Source: Octopus sinensis (Eukaryota). Taken from it: a stretch of DNA of 64,000 bases. This document shows positions 1 to 12,963 of this stretch, piece by piece (the first letter of the stretch is position 1; every line of letters begins with the position of its first letter). The stretch lies in NCBI RefSeq assembly GCF_006345805.1, contig NC_043013.1, forward strand, positions 1,302,001-1,366,000, written 5' to 3'. The position numbers and the translations under genes are program-made. The notes beneath the pieces are model-generated. The model made no database searches and had not been told where the DNA came from. It saw only the letters and a list, made by a program, of their open reading frames with translations.

Positions 1-349
1 AATCCTCACGCTTCTCGTTTTATTCCATTCTTTGTAACCATCCTTTTGATAGTTCGCTTTAGTCTTATTCCTTGAATGCATTCTTGTAATATTGTTTGCC
101 TCTCATCCTTCCTGCCCCGGCCCTTTTTTTCTGCACACACACTTTTAATATCCACTCATTCTTTCAGTTCACTTTTATTCTATATTGCACATCCAGCATC
201 TTTGTTTCACTCATTGGACTGTGGCCCGGCTGGAGCACTGCCTCAAAGGGTTTAGTTGGACGAATCAGCCCCATGACTTGCTTTAAATCTGTTACTTATT
301 CTGTTGGTCTCCTGTTACTGTCAAAGTCTTAGAAGAAGTCAGTCTAACT

Positions 350-732
350 AAGAAGACCTGTTGAGGCAAGTGAGAATCAGAATTGAAATCGATCAACATC
401 AATGGAAATTGGAGCTGTGATACCAGTGCCGGTGGCACGTAAGCGAACCATCCGAACGTGGCCGTTGTCAGCCTTGCCTGGCCCCCGTGCCAGTGGCACG
501 TAAAAAGCACCATCTGACCGTGGCCGTTTGCCAGCGCCGTCTGGCACCTGTGCCGGTGGCACGTAAAAAGCACCCACTACACACGGAGTGGTTGGCGTTA
601 GGAAGGGCATCCAGCCATAGAAACATTGCCAGATCAGACTGGGCCTGGTGCAGCCTTCTGGCTTCCCAGACCCCAGTTGAACCGTCCAACCCATGCTAGC
701 GTGGAAAGCGGATGCTAAATGATGATGATGAT
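350..732 (+). mobile_element. Non-autonomous retroposon with (GAT)n tail and GGCACGTAAAAAGCACC modules
   Basis: Shares the GGTTGGCGTTAGGAAGGGCATCCAGC core and ...CCAACCCATGC..CATGGAAA 3' end with more than 10 copies in the window. Confidence 0.75.
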
Positions 733-1189
733 CATAAGGTAACAAGGACATAAATTAAATCAAATTAACAAGTCACTGTATCCAACAGAAAGTATCCTTG
801 TGCCGTTTGGTGTTGTCAGACAGCATGTCACATATCTCCTCTGCTCTATGCTGGGTAGAATTTTTGAGACCGACGAAGCAAGACATCTAGTAGCATAGGG
901 TACTGTGAAAGCTATGCAGAAATTTTTGTTATGGAATCTCTGCTGGGTGGTTGGTGTTGGGAAGGACATCCAGCTGTAAAAATCATGCCAAAACAGTCAC
1001 AGAAGTCTGGTGCAGGCTCCTGCCTGGCTGGCTCCTGTCAAACCAACCCACCCATGCCAGTATAGAAGGCTAGTATGGTGATGATGATGATGAAAAACAG
1101 TTCTTCCCAGAGAATAAGACTGGATGCATAGCAATTGGACGAAGCAGGTTCAGGAGTGTTTTAAGCTAATAGTAGAGCTTGGATTCAAT

Positions 1190-2010
1190 AATTGAATGGA
1201 TAATAGCAGAAAGGTTGATGAATCAAGGATGAAAGTCTTCCTTTGGGATCGCTACATCCAATTCCTCTCAGGAGAGAGACTGCTGAGTGAAGGTTGTAGC
1301 AGATTCTTGTCACATTGTCTGAAATAGGTGCTGTAATTCTGCGTTCAGTGCCATAAACTTCAAGTGCAAAGACAGTCCAAGGGACGACCTTTTTGACGTC
1401 AGTAGAGGAGGATATAACATTATTGACAGTGAGGAGCAAACCTGATGACTTATAAGATAAATAGGCTGAAGGGGGGTGGGGGGATCCAACTAAGGCAAAC
1501 TTACATCATGCGGTCTTCACCATTGCATACTTTCCATGCTGGCATGGCTTGGACGATTTGACATGGAGCTGGCTAGCAAGGAGTTGTCCAGACTTCAATT
1601 GTCTGTTGTGGCATGGCTTCCTTTCCCAATGCCAAATTCACACACACCAAAAAAGTGAAAACAAAAAAAAAAAAAAAAAAAACGTGGGAGATACATTGAA
1701 TCAGACTGGGGTGGAATCTTCAATGGAATGCTTCATAGCTTGGGTGGTGAACTTGCATTAGCCTCTGGTGACTCTGGCACCAATTTATCCAGAACCCAGT
1801 TGGTAGATGACAGACTTCCAGGTGACTCACACTACAAACCTCTTGGAGAAGTTGTTTACAGCCACAGGGCATGTGGCCCCATTCTTCTTTCTCAGAACTG
1901 TCAAGTTGGCTGCAAAGAAAAGTTCATGAGCATGGGGGTTGAGATCATTGTGAATGGGTGTTGGTGAGTGTGACAGTCAACTTGAACAGACCTGGTCAGT
2001 TTTTGCAGTT
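1190..2010 (-). pseudogene. Degenerate CRE-clade non-LTR reverse transcriptase, interrupted by a SINE
   Basis: Minus-strand LFFAANLTVLRKKNGATCPVAV resembles LIALRKKDGGVRPIAVG. ISSSTDVKKVVPWTVFAL resembles ISSSTGVQQGDPLGP.LFAL. Many stops. Confidence 0.5.
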
Positions 2011-2319
2011 TGGAATGACACCAGGTCATTCAGGTGAGCAGACCAGAGGCAGTCCACACCTCTGCTATGGCTTGCAGGGAAGCACTACAATGCAGATGTA
2101 ATAATTTGCTTGGAAGCTTGTTCATTGGATCGGTTTTTGGCAAAGCGATGGATCTAGGGTTCCCAAATATTTTTAGCTGGTGAGTGGGCAATAGCCACTC
2201 AGTTGTCTCCCTTGTACAAGTACTGTCTGACCAATTTGTTTTGCAATCTTTTCAGTAATTTTTATACTTCTCTAAGTTTATTCCAATAATTTCATAAATT
2301 TTAAATCACCCATTCATGC

Positions 2320-2351
<32 letters not shown>

Positions 2352-3229
2352 TTATATACATGCAGGTAGGCACACAGTGCATCTTAAGAAACATTGCTGG
2401 TGTCTTTGAAGTTTCTGTTGAGGAGGAACTCATAATAACTGATTGAGACAGTGTAATAACAAACAAACAGCAGGTCTGATGGGAGACTTTTAGGTCTGAA
2501 AGTTCTTACAAACACAATTTAACAATGAAAATTAATTCAAAAGATAAAAGGTTATGTATGTGCATGTGTGTTTGTATGCATATATGTCTATGTATGTACA
2601 CACACAAAGGTCATCCAAGGAAAAAAACATGTTAATGGTATGGATATATAAATCTAAGTATACAGTATTATATATCCATTTCTGCTGATCTTAGCAATTG
2701 GTAAACATGTTTTTTCCATACTTGCCCTCTCTGAAGAGCACAGAGTGTTGTTCAACCATATCTGGTTATCTAAAACCCAGTGTGAATCTATCTATTTAAA
2801 TTGGACGTCCCTCGGTGTGAGTCTGATTGAGAAGACCAGCTGACATTGATCGATAATACTAGGTTCATTGATGGATACACACTCATTTTGTATCTGCAAT
2901 GATGGATGTGGTTCACTAGAAGAACAGAGACATGAAAGGGGCCAAGAAACAAGGCAGAGAAAGTTCTTCACAGCTGCATCAACATCAGTTATGTTACTTC
3001 TAGTTTATGTTTCATAAGCAGAGCAAAATAAAATTAAAATTTCAATAAAATTAAATGTAAGACTGTTTCTTAAAAAATATAAATCAAGTTTAGAATCAAA
3101 GATGATTTTTAGGAACATACAAGAAAGTTTGTTTCTGTTCTGCATCACCAATATTCCTAAGAATAACCAAACTTGTATCTTTGCTGAGATAGTTATTAGA
3201 GTACAAGAGCCAGTTAATGGTATTCATAA

Positions 3230-3455
3230 GGTGGTGAGCCGGCAGAATCGTTAGTAGGCCAGGCAAAATGCTAAATGGCATTTGGTCATCTTTATGTTCT
3301 GAGTTCAAATTCTGCCAGGGTCCACTTTGCTTTTCATCTTTTCAGGGTTGATAAAATAAGTACCTGTTGCACACTGGGGTCGACGTGATCAGTTTACCCT
3401 CTTCCCTGAAACTGCTGGCCTTGTGCCAAAATTTGAAACCAATTAATGGTACTCC
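3230..3455 (+). mobile_element. tRNA-derived SINE (GAGCTGGCAGAA...GAGTTCAAATTC family)
   Basis: A/B-box-like head. Homologous copies at about 9598, 10255(-), 30695, 33055, 35195(-) and 44781. Confidence 0.75.
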
Positions 3456-4010
3456 TGAAGAGTAATTAGTTTTGAGGGAAGACAAAACTCATGAAGTACT
3501 CTGCTAGGTTTTTGTGCTTTAGTATTAACCTGACTTTATCCACCTTTTGTCAGAGACCATATAGCTTATCCATAAGTTGCTAAGCAGAGTTTCAGTATTT
3601 GGTAGGACCATCACTAATACAAGCGTGGTCAAGGCATCAAACTCTCAAATGCCAACGTGAAAGGTTTGGGACCGAGTGGATCTCTTTGTCAAATCCATGA
3701 TTGGGAAACCTAATTTAGAATGACAGATGAAATGGTTACAAATAACAATTCCAGATTATTGACGTCCAGTATTCTATAATTTTTGAAAATTTACCTCCAA
3801 TTTCCTTAAAATAATTCATTGCATCTGCAGCTTCTGACCAAAATTACTCTTATTTGTAAATATATATAATTTCAATAGAGAATTCAAAAGATTCGCTCCT
3901 TTCTTTCAATGTAATTAAAAAGGCTTGGCAGAATCAACCAAGATTATAGGCAAAGAAATCAAAGAAAGGAATCAATAGACTTAGTCTTCTTCATCCCCTC
4001 CACAACACTG

Positions 4011-4679
4011 ATATCAAGAAATCCTCTTGCGAGCGTGACCTAGGCATCACTGTCAGCAGTGATTTGCGTTGGACAAAGCATATCTCTAAAATTGTCAAGA
4101 AGGCCGAGGGTGTCTTGGCATCACTCAGCAAGACTTTTGTTAGCCGCTCTCCAGCCATCTATTTAAAACTGTATACAGCTATGGTACGACCGCACTTGGA
4201 ATTCGCATCATCAGTTTGGAATCCCTATCTTGCTCAGAACATTGACCTCCTGGAATCTGTTCAGAGACGTGCAACCAAACGCATACCCTCCATCAGACAC
4301 CTACCATATTCTGAGCGCCTTGTTTCCCTGGGCATGGATTCACTGAAGCTCCGGCGTCTGGCGACGGACTTGGTAAACACCCACAAGGTTATCAACCACC
4401 TCACCAACAACAACACTGAACACCTTTTTGATCTCCATGTGTCCAACACACGTGGACATGCCTACAAAGTCAGAAAACAGCACAGCTCCCATGACTTTCG
4501 GAAACATTTTTTCACGCTCAGAGTTGCTGAAGCATGGAATAAACTGCCTGCATCAGTTGTTGACTGCCATGACACTGCATCCTTTAAGGCCCTCATGCTT
4601 TCCGAAATCCGCCGAAACTACACCTGATTATATATGCACTTTCGATGAGTTGTAGTGCACCTGAGCACTGTACACAATG

Positions 4680-4712
<33 letters not shown>
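4011..4712 (+). mobile_element. CR1/L2-type LINE 3' fragment (RT C-terminus) with (TTA)n tail
   Basis: ORF 4064-4627 has VRPHLEFASSVWNPY and LESVQRRATK. Tail (TTA)n at 4681-4712. Confidence 0.9.
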
Positions 4713-4714
<2 letters not shown>

Positions 4715-4719
4715 AGGAT

Positions 4720-5527
4720 GTCTTGAAGAGAAGTTTCAAGAATTCTCACAAAGTTACCTCCCTTGAAGAACGCAATCGCAAAAGATCGATCGCCAAATTA
4801 AAGAATATTTTGAAAATTATTAAAAATAGTTTTGTTTATTACAAAACAAAAATATATCCGGCGCTTTCTACACTCCAAAGATGATCTATAAATCTTCGGT
4901 TTTCATTTTGAAACGAATGTTACAGTTTTCGCAAATACGTTCATTTTAAAACGCGTCTTTCATAAATGAAATTATTTCCCGTTTAAATATCGAATTGTGG
5001 ATCTTTTCCGTTTGATGGACGGAATTTTAAGATCCCGACTTGTCGAAATGCGAAATTAATTTCGCCTCATAATCCAACTGATGGTTATGGTTATATCTGA
5101 TAGTATTATAGAAGCATTTCATTTGCAATCATCAACCTTAGGAAAACAAATTTCTGTTTGGTTCCAAATGTTTCTGGATTTATAAACTCATTCCTCGATG
5201 AGTTCTTAACTAAAAGAAACAACTTTGAGAAAATTGAAGGAATATGTTTTAGGTTTTTTTTTTTAAAATTGGAGGAAACTTCTCTCGATAAAGGTACAAC
5301 TTGGACACAAAATACAGGTTCTAAATTGACATTATGTAACCAAAGAAATGAAAGCTCAAAGTCTAACTCAATCATTGTAGAAATTACATTTGAAATTGCA
5401 GGAAAAAGGAAAAAGAAATGTAATAAAGAAAAAAGAACCGGTTAAAAACAAAGCGGATAACTATTTGCCTTTACACCGTTCAGTTTCTCTTCCGAAATTC
5501 ACTTTGTGTGGTTGAGTTCACCTCGTC
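4720..5527. promoter_or_regulatory. MTX2 promoter/5' UTR region, possibly bidirectional
   Basis: Repeat-free, CpG-retaining segment directly upstream of the ATG exon. A minus-strand donor-like site (GAG|GTAACT) lies at 4752-4760. Confidence 0.5.
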
Positions 5528-5570
5528 ATGTCTTCGTTGGTTGTGGAGGTTGTCCAGGCCGAGATCGGAG
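5528..5570 (+). CDS. MTX2: Metaxin-2 coding exon 1 (MSSLVVEVVQAEIG + 1 nt)
   Basis: ATG at 5528 and strong donor G|GTGAGT at 5571. Peptide resembles the MTX2 N-terminus (MSLVAEAFVSQIA). Phase 1 matches the next exon. Confidence 0.85.
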
Positions 5571-6539
5571 GTGAGTGATTTTATACAACAAGGATTTCTT
5601 GAAGTTGTAAATTGATTAATTAATGAATTGGATTCCGGTTTCTGTGTTTATCGTCCCAAAACTCTTTTGGAGGTGATTATTAGGTCAACCTCTGACTTTG
5701 GTTATTTTTAGTCCTCACCACATTCCAACGCAGTGGAACCTCTCAAGCGACTGAGCCCCTACATGGTCACTCACCCTAGTAGAGATGGTAGCCAATACTT
5801 TCTCCTCAACCGTCCTTAAAAAAAAGAAAGAAAGATGGTTATAATTGAATTCCCGCGACCCCAGGTGTGCTCAATCGGATTAAACAAATTTTTATTTTTG
5901 CATTTTAATTAGCGGCTGTTCTTGGACACTGGCCAGTCCCTTATCGACCCATTTCGTTTCTTTTCAAATATCACCAGGATGACGAAAGAAATTCTAATAA
6001 TGTGTTATATAAGTCAATTTAAACGCCAGTGCCTTTGTGTGTTTTTAATTAGTGTTGTTTTACTACAAGTAGCAACAGAAACATCACATTGTTTGTAAAA
6101 GGACAACATTGAACCTGCTGCAGCACGATGGAATCAATTAGAATATCTAGAAAACAATGTATACAGGGGAGATGCAGAGGAGTGTCTGTTGTAAACTTAC
6201 AGAAAAAACAGGTTTCAAATAAATGTCTGGGAAATTGGTCAGTAGTAGGCAATGCAGACACTTCATTAGATGCAGTTGATAACAACTGTAACCTAGGTGC
6301 TCTAATTAGCACTAATTAAGTACTTGGCTGCCTTCAGAGGATTTCAATTTGTTGCAAGTATTCCAACCAGATTCCTTCGCTCTTTCTTTACCTTTGTCTT
6401 TCCTTGAGCTGTTCTGGTGATGCATCGACTACTTCAGTCTCGCCAACCCAATAGGACGGACATGGGTACTGCTTCTTCTTCTCTCACTAACTTGTCAAAG
6501 GAAACGGGGTTGGGGGGAAGGCTCCTTCCTTTAGAGTGC

Positions 6540-7000
6540 AGACCACCACAATATCCAAAGGCTATACTGTGAAATGACCTGATCTAGGCTGTGGTTACAC
6601 TACATGCTAAAGTGTAAATGGCTCGGTAGACTGCATGCTGAAATGGTACCAAAAATTGTTGGATGTTATGGAAATACAGTTGTTTTGAGTATAAAATGAA
6701 TGGAAGAAACTGAAGAAGCCAATGTTGTTTTTGTGAAGTAATAGTTTCTCTCAGAGTGCAGGAGAGTCTGTAAACAAGCATAGAGAAGGAATGTGATGAT
6801 GCAAGAAAAACTGAAATGAGTTGGATATATTCTACACTCGATATGAAAGGTGAAGTACAAATGAGTTGAGAAAGCAGTTGGGCAAGAGAGGTGACGGTGC
6901 TGGTGAGGAGATGTTCTGAGTGATTACCAAACCAAATTTTCATCAATCTATGATGCTTTATTTACAGACAGAAGAAAGGAGAGAGCTTCATCCAAAATTA
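6540..7000 (+). pseudogene. Degenerate RTE-type LINE RT C-terminal fragment
   Basis: SLRVQESL resembles the SLRVKGRLY motif, and an NELRKQLG-like segment follows. Many stops. Confidence 0.4.
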
Positions 7001-8027
7001 TGCTTAAATGTATCTTTGTTCATTCATTTTTATGTCCATTTTTCATGTTTGCAAGGGTTAGAAAAAAGTATCCCTGAGGCAGTTTTACAGCTGGGTACCT
7101 TTCCTGTTGCCAACCCTTACCTGTTTAAGAGTGTAAAGTTGGAGATGACAGCATTGTCACTGCTGTAGCTGTGGGATTTTCAGAGAAGCACAAGTGAAGA
7201 CAAGCACATGGACGCATGCACGTGTGCACACACACACACACACACATAGATACACACGCAAGCACACATATAAACTCACGTACATGCCAGCATGGAAAGT
7301 GACATTAAATGATGATGATGATGATGATGATACATACAACAAGCTTTTAGTTTCTGCCAACCAAATCTGCTCACAAGGCTTTAGTTGATCAAGTGCTGTT
7401 GCAGAAGAGCTTTACCCAAGATGCCAAACTCAAAACCATGTGGTGTGGTTGAGAAGTGAACTTCTTAACCATTTATTCTTGATAAATCTTACAATTACAT
7501 TTCTAATGTTATTCTCAATCCTATTTTAAAGTGCAAAATTGTTTTGTTTGATTTTAATTTTTTAAGCTTAAGTGCAGTTACCATGCTTTGATGTTCTGAC
7601 TTATGCTCACCTGTGCAAATTTCCTATCTTATTAGCATTGAGTCTGAATCAAGTTCATAATAAGTTTATATTGCATAGATATATAGAGTTGAAGAAATTA
7701 CTTGAACATCTAAGAACTTAGACAATACAGCTAAAAGAAGAATGCCATATTTTCAGGAATACAAGTCGACATAACGTAAACAATCACAACTTCATCACCA
7801 ACTTTCCAAATCCTGCTGCATTTCATGTGGAATTTTCGGTCCTCCAAAGTTGTCTTGGTGATCGTCTATAAGTTAACCGAACCCTTTTTTTGGTTTGTGA
7901 AATTCAGCTTCTTTGCCAGAAATTATGATCGGTTTTTGATAGTTGCACCATTTCATGCAGCAGATTGGAAAAGCAAATGGAATCATAAAGTATTGAAATA
8001 TTGTCTCATATATGTTTGCATTTGTGA

Positions 8028-8330
8028 AGGTGTGTAGCCTTGTGGTTAGGGGGTTGCACTCATGGTCGCCAGACCATGGGTTCAATTCCCAAACTAGGCA
8101 GTGTGTTGTGTTCTTTAGCAAACCACTTCATTTCACATTGTTCCAGTCCACTCAGCGGTAAATGGGTCACCCTGTGATGGACTGGCCTTTCAGTCGGGGG
8201 AGAATGTTGGCCTGCTTGCCTAGCCAGGGAGATGGCATCATTCAGAAGCTAAAACAATGTGAAACGCATTGTGACTAGCGATGTATAACAACATCTGACA
8301 GTCTTGTCAATCACATGATCACATGATATT
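8028..8330 (+). mobile_element. tRNA-derived SINE with conserved central domain
   Basis: TGTGGTTAGG A-box and GGTTCAATTCC B-box, followed by the GTTCCAGTCCACTCAGC core shared with the copy at 26330-26630(-). Confidence 0.65.
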
Positions 8331-8652
8331 CACATTTACTGCAGACGTTTTGGTGTGTTTCCAGGATGGACACTTTGCGTACATACTTTGTCTGTTGACC
8401 ATGCTTTTGTGACCGGGAGTCCATTCAGTTCATTAAATTGCAGGACAGGAAACAAAACCTGGGAGACAACAACAAAAGGAGTTCAACAGTTTAAAATCTG
8501 GCAAGACTGATTCGTTTGTTTTTCTCTCTCACTCTGCTGTTCATGGAGCAAGGTTGGTTACAAGTATCTTGACTGCACTGAACTATAGCTAACTTGCTCA
8601 AGGCTTACTACATAAAATTTAAGTATTCAAGGATGCTCTTACATATTGCTAC

Positions 8653-8691
<39 letters not shown>

Positions 8692-9288
8692 TAAACAAAC
8701 ATGCACACATGGAGCAGCTTTTCACAATCCTCTCACAAATACAATTATGTTTTTGTAAGAGAAAATATAACCTATATGTGTGTGTGTGTTTATGTATATA
8801 TTTGTATGCGTGAAAACACACACGCATTGAACACTGAAAATGTAGTTGGTATTTCGATTATAAAATACCAATTATGTTTTCTTTAATGTGGCTTGAATTC
8901 TACACACCAACCTGTCTGCAGATACGATGGTTTGGGTCTAACTGTGCTGAGTATAGGAGTGCAGTGTAGATCTTTCTACCAAGCCCAAACATTTAGTTGC
9001 ATGTCGTGTCCTCTAGTGCAACACACACATACGCACACACTTGTTAATTCAATATGAGTATAAACTTTGTCTGCTTAACAAAGCTTGTCTACAGGTATCA
9101 GTAACAAATGCTATCATATAACGAAATTGATATATTACTGGAGACACACACATATATATTGACGGGAAGGAGGTGGTCAGGATTTGGATAAAAACTATTG
9201 ACAAAAGCACTAAATAAAAAGTTTTTTTTTCTGGGTCCTGGCTGCCTCTTTTTTGTTAATATATAAAATCTGTCCGCTACTTCAAACA

Positions 9289-9477
9289 TGTGGCACGTAA
9301 AAGGCACCCACTACACTCACGGAGTGGTTGGCGTTAGGAAGGGCATCCAGCCGTAGAAACATTGCCAGATCAGACTGGGCCTGGTGCAGCCTTCTGGCTT
9401 CCCAAACCCCAGTTGAACTGTCCAACCCATGCTAGCATGGAAAACGGATGCTAAACGAAGAAGAAGAAAGAAGAAGA
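9289..9477 (+). mobile_element. Retroposon, GGCACGTAAAA family, 5'-truncated
   Basis: Nearly identical to 555-730. Confidence 0.8.
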
Positions 9478-10594
9478 ATATGTTTTTGCTGTTTTACAAG
9501 ATATGTGGCAATAAAATGTCTGAGAGGAACATGCTGTACTAGTTACAACATCTTAGTAAGTGTACATGATTAGTATGACCAATTTATTACTGGTACTTGA
9601 GCTGGCAGAATTGTTAGCATGTGAGGCAAACTCCTTAGTAGCGTTTCGTCTGTCTTTACTTTCTGAGTTCAAATTCCACCAAGGTCAGTTTTGCCTTGCA
9701 TCTTTTTTGGGGTTGATAAAAGTAGTACCAGTTGAACAGTGGGGGGCAATATAATCAACTTAACCCCCCCCCCCTGAAATTGCTGGCCTTGTGCCAAAAT
9801 TTGAAACCAATATATTACTAGTACTTTTGGTATGAACCACAGAAGTATGGAAAAAATTATCCTTGGTGATAAACTGAGAACTGAAAGGGGTAACTCAGTG
9901 CAATAGGGTACACTGTTCATTGTCCTCTCTGTTCTAAAAGATATAAATCTACATCATCATCATCATCATATCTGTTTTTCCATGCTGGTATGGGTTGGAC
10001 AGATTTCATTGCTAATTTGTCATTTAGTACACATAACAGCAGAGACTATCATCCATGTCTGGAGTGTGGGAGAGGTTATCTCTGGCTAAACTAAAGACAC
10101 CTCTCCATCCTGTGTCACCTCTGTTCCTTTCTTTGACTGAATGCTTTTCTCCATCACCAATCACTTCAAAATGTGGATTCGATGCATTTGTTGTGTCATG
10201 GAGAGTAAAATCATTCAACTATGTATTACTTATGTCATACTTTATAATAATAATAATAATAATCTTTTCTACTATAGGCACAAGGCCTGAAATTTGGGGG
10301 AAGGGAATAATTGATTGCATTGACCCTAATGTTCAACTGATACTTATTTTGTTGACCTCAAAAGGATGAAAGGCAATGTCGACCTCAGCAGAATTTGAAC
10401 TCAGAACGTGAAGATAGATGAAATGCCACTAAGCATTTTGCCTGGTGTGTTAATAATAATAATCATCATCCTTTGTATTATAGGCACAAGGCCTGAAATT
10501 TAAGGGAGGGGGCTAGTCAATTACATTGACCCCAGTACTCTACTGGTACTTATTTTATCGACCTTGAAAGGATGAATAATAATAATAATGAACT

Positions 10595-12499
10595 TATTGT
10601 ATACAGTGAGCTTTTGCGGTGTACAAAACTCAACGAGACCGAGCCGTGAAAATTGAAAAGAAAGAACGCTTCAGTTATGAATACAAAATCGCGGCAAATG
10701 CCAGTAGCAATCCAAAAACCTTCTTTGCCCATGTCCAGCGGAATTCCCGCTTGAACAACCAGATTGCAACGTTGGTAGACTCAACAGGCGTATCGATTGA
10801 GGACCCTTATCAACAGAGTCAATTATTTGCCGAGGCTTTTTCAACTATTTTCAAACAAGATGATGGTCGTGAACCCCCTCCATTTGATAGATCGGTACCT
10901 CCAATGCTTCGATTGGTCATCATGCGGGACGAAGTCAAACGTGTTATTCAAGGCCTCGATGTCAACAAGGGTCACGGCCCTGACGGCATACACCCACGGG
11001 TTATCAAAGCGTTGGCTCCGGTCATCTGCGAGCTCTTAACACGACTATTCAATATGTCATTGGCGACGGGTGTTATACCTGCAGACTGGAGAACAGCGAT
11101 AATCTGCCCAATTTTCAAGAAAGGGAGCCGCGAAGACCCGCTTAACTACCGACCGGTTTCCCTTACATCAATAATCAGCAAGATGTTCGAAACCATCCTT
11201 AAGAAAAGTATGATGCTCCACCTCCTAAACACAGCCTCGATCATTGATTCCCAACACGGCTTCGTGCCGAAGAGATCATGCTTGACCAACTTACTAGTAA
11301 TGGAAGAATTGGTGACGCACATCCTCGATGATAGTGATGCTGTTGACATCGTTTTATTGGACTTTGCCAAAGCTTTTGACTCGGTAAACCACCGCCTACT
11401 ACTTGTCAAGCTTCAAGCATATAGTTTCCATCCGGATATTGTACGATGGGTTGGTGCCTTCCTCTCAGATCGCTCCTTCCAAGTTCAAGTTAATGGTTCG
11501 CGGTCCGATGTCTCCAGTGCGAGCAGTGGCGTGCCTCAAGGTTCAGTGCTTGGGCCCTTGTTGTTCTTAGTCTTCATAAATGACTTGCCCGACGACCTCA
11601 CGCAACACACCCTTCTATTTGCCGATGATATCAAACTGGTCGCTCCTCGCGGTAGTATAGAGGATCTTCGTCGATGCCTCCACCAAATTTGGAAGTGGTC
11701 TAACGATTGGGACCTGTGTCTGAACGTGTCAAAGTGCTGTCATCTGCCTGTCGGCTCTACTCCTGCAACTCAACTTGATTTCGAGCCGGGTCGTCTGCAG
11801 CTGGAGAGGACCGATCAGGTAAAGGACCTGGGTATCTTGGTGGATTCCTCCTTTTCGCCTTCGGCCCAGTGCGTCCATGCTGCCAACAAAGCGCGCGGAA
11901 TTCTGTTTTTGATTTGACGGTCATTCGGAATGCTCACAGCAGCCATATTCCTACCACTCTATGTCACGCTGGTGAGACCCATATTGGAGTATGGGATTCA
12001 AGCCTCTTCTCCTTATCTCCTCAAAGACATACAGCATCTCGAAAGAGTCCAGAGGCTGTCTACCCGCATGGTTCATGGTCTCAAAAATTTGTCCTACGAA
12101 GAAAGGCTGAGGACGCTCGACCTTTATTCTCTTGAAAAACGCCGCCGCCGTGGTGATCTCATTCTCGCCCACAACATCATAAGCGGGAAGTGTAACCTCT
12201 CGAAAGAGCTGTTCTTCACTCCTGCTCCAGAGCGTCGGCTGCGGGGTCATTCCGAAAAGCTCTACCTGCGACGATTTCATCTCAATCGAAGGAGAGGAGC
12301 TTTCTCCGTCCGGGTTGCGGATCCGTGGAACAAGCTGCCAGACGAGATGGTGAAGATGCCGACGACCGCTTTGTTCAAAGCCTCCCTGGACCTCAAGTGG
12401 CCTGAACTCTTTACATGAACACCACCCTGTACTTAACTCCATGTCCCCCTACATGGCCTTGCTATTTGCTTTTGAGCCAAATTAACTAACTAACTAACA
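10595..12499 (+). mobile_element. 5'-truncated CR1-clade LINE with a near-intact RT (single in-frame TGA at 11915-11917) and (TAAC)n tail, in MTX2 intron 1
   Basis: ORFs 10619-11917 and 11930-12418 share one frame. Motifs GPDG, YRPVSLTS, QHGF, DFAKAFD, GVPQGSVLGP, FADD. Tail TAACTAACTAAC at 12484-12499. Confidence 0.95.
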
Positions 12500-12646
12500 G
12501 ACCAGGTATACTGTTGGTGAATTTCAGCAAGCCTGGAAGTTTTGAAGAGTGTAGAATTTCTATAGCTAACAACTGATGCAGGTAGTTTATTCCACACCCC
12601 AGCAATTCTGAGGGTTTAAAAAAAAGATTACGAGTTATGTGCTGCC

Positions 12647-12917
12647 TGACTGGCTCCCTGTGCCAGTAACATGTAAAAAAGCCCCATTCAAACGTGGCTG
12701 ATGCCAGTGCCGCCTGATTGGCTCCCATGCTGGTGGCACATAAAAAGCACCCATTTGCTCTCTTGGAGTGGTTGGCGTTAGGAGGGGCATCCAGCTGTAG
12801 AAACATTACGAGATCAGATTGGAGCCTGGTGTGGCCTCCTGGCTTGCCAGTCCCCTGTCAAACTGTCCAACCCATGCCAGCATGGAAAGTGGATGTTAAA
12901 TGATGATGATGATGATG
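12647..12917 (+). mobile_element. Retroposon, GGCACGTAAAA family, just upstream of MTX2 exon 2
   Basis: Core motif plus (GAT)n tail. Confidence 0.75.
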
Positions 12918-12963
12918 AAACTGATATGTTTTCTGTTTTTTCTTTTTTTTGTTTTCCCCACAG

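Noticed and set aside
420-580. Regularly spaced ~25-nt repeats with ~35-nt spacers resembling a CRISPR array
   Set aside because: Eukaryotic context, spacers are related to each other, no cas genes, and the block is part of a dispersed retroposon.
2790-3010. Candidate exon of a divergent minus-strand gene
   Set aside because: No convincing acceptor/donor pair or recognisable peptide; may be part of the adjacent CRE relic.
7745-7880. Exon-like unique segment in MTX2 intron 1 (acceptor TTTTCAG)
   Set aside because: Stops in the plausible frames, no donor, no recognisable homology, and not needed for the MTX2 frame. May be a decayed DNA-transposon end.
11146-12442. Antisense ORFs over the CR1 element (11146-11409, 11951-12442)
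   Set aside because: Shadow ORFs of a GC-richer RT coding region.
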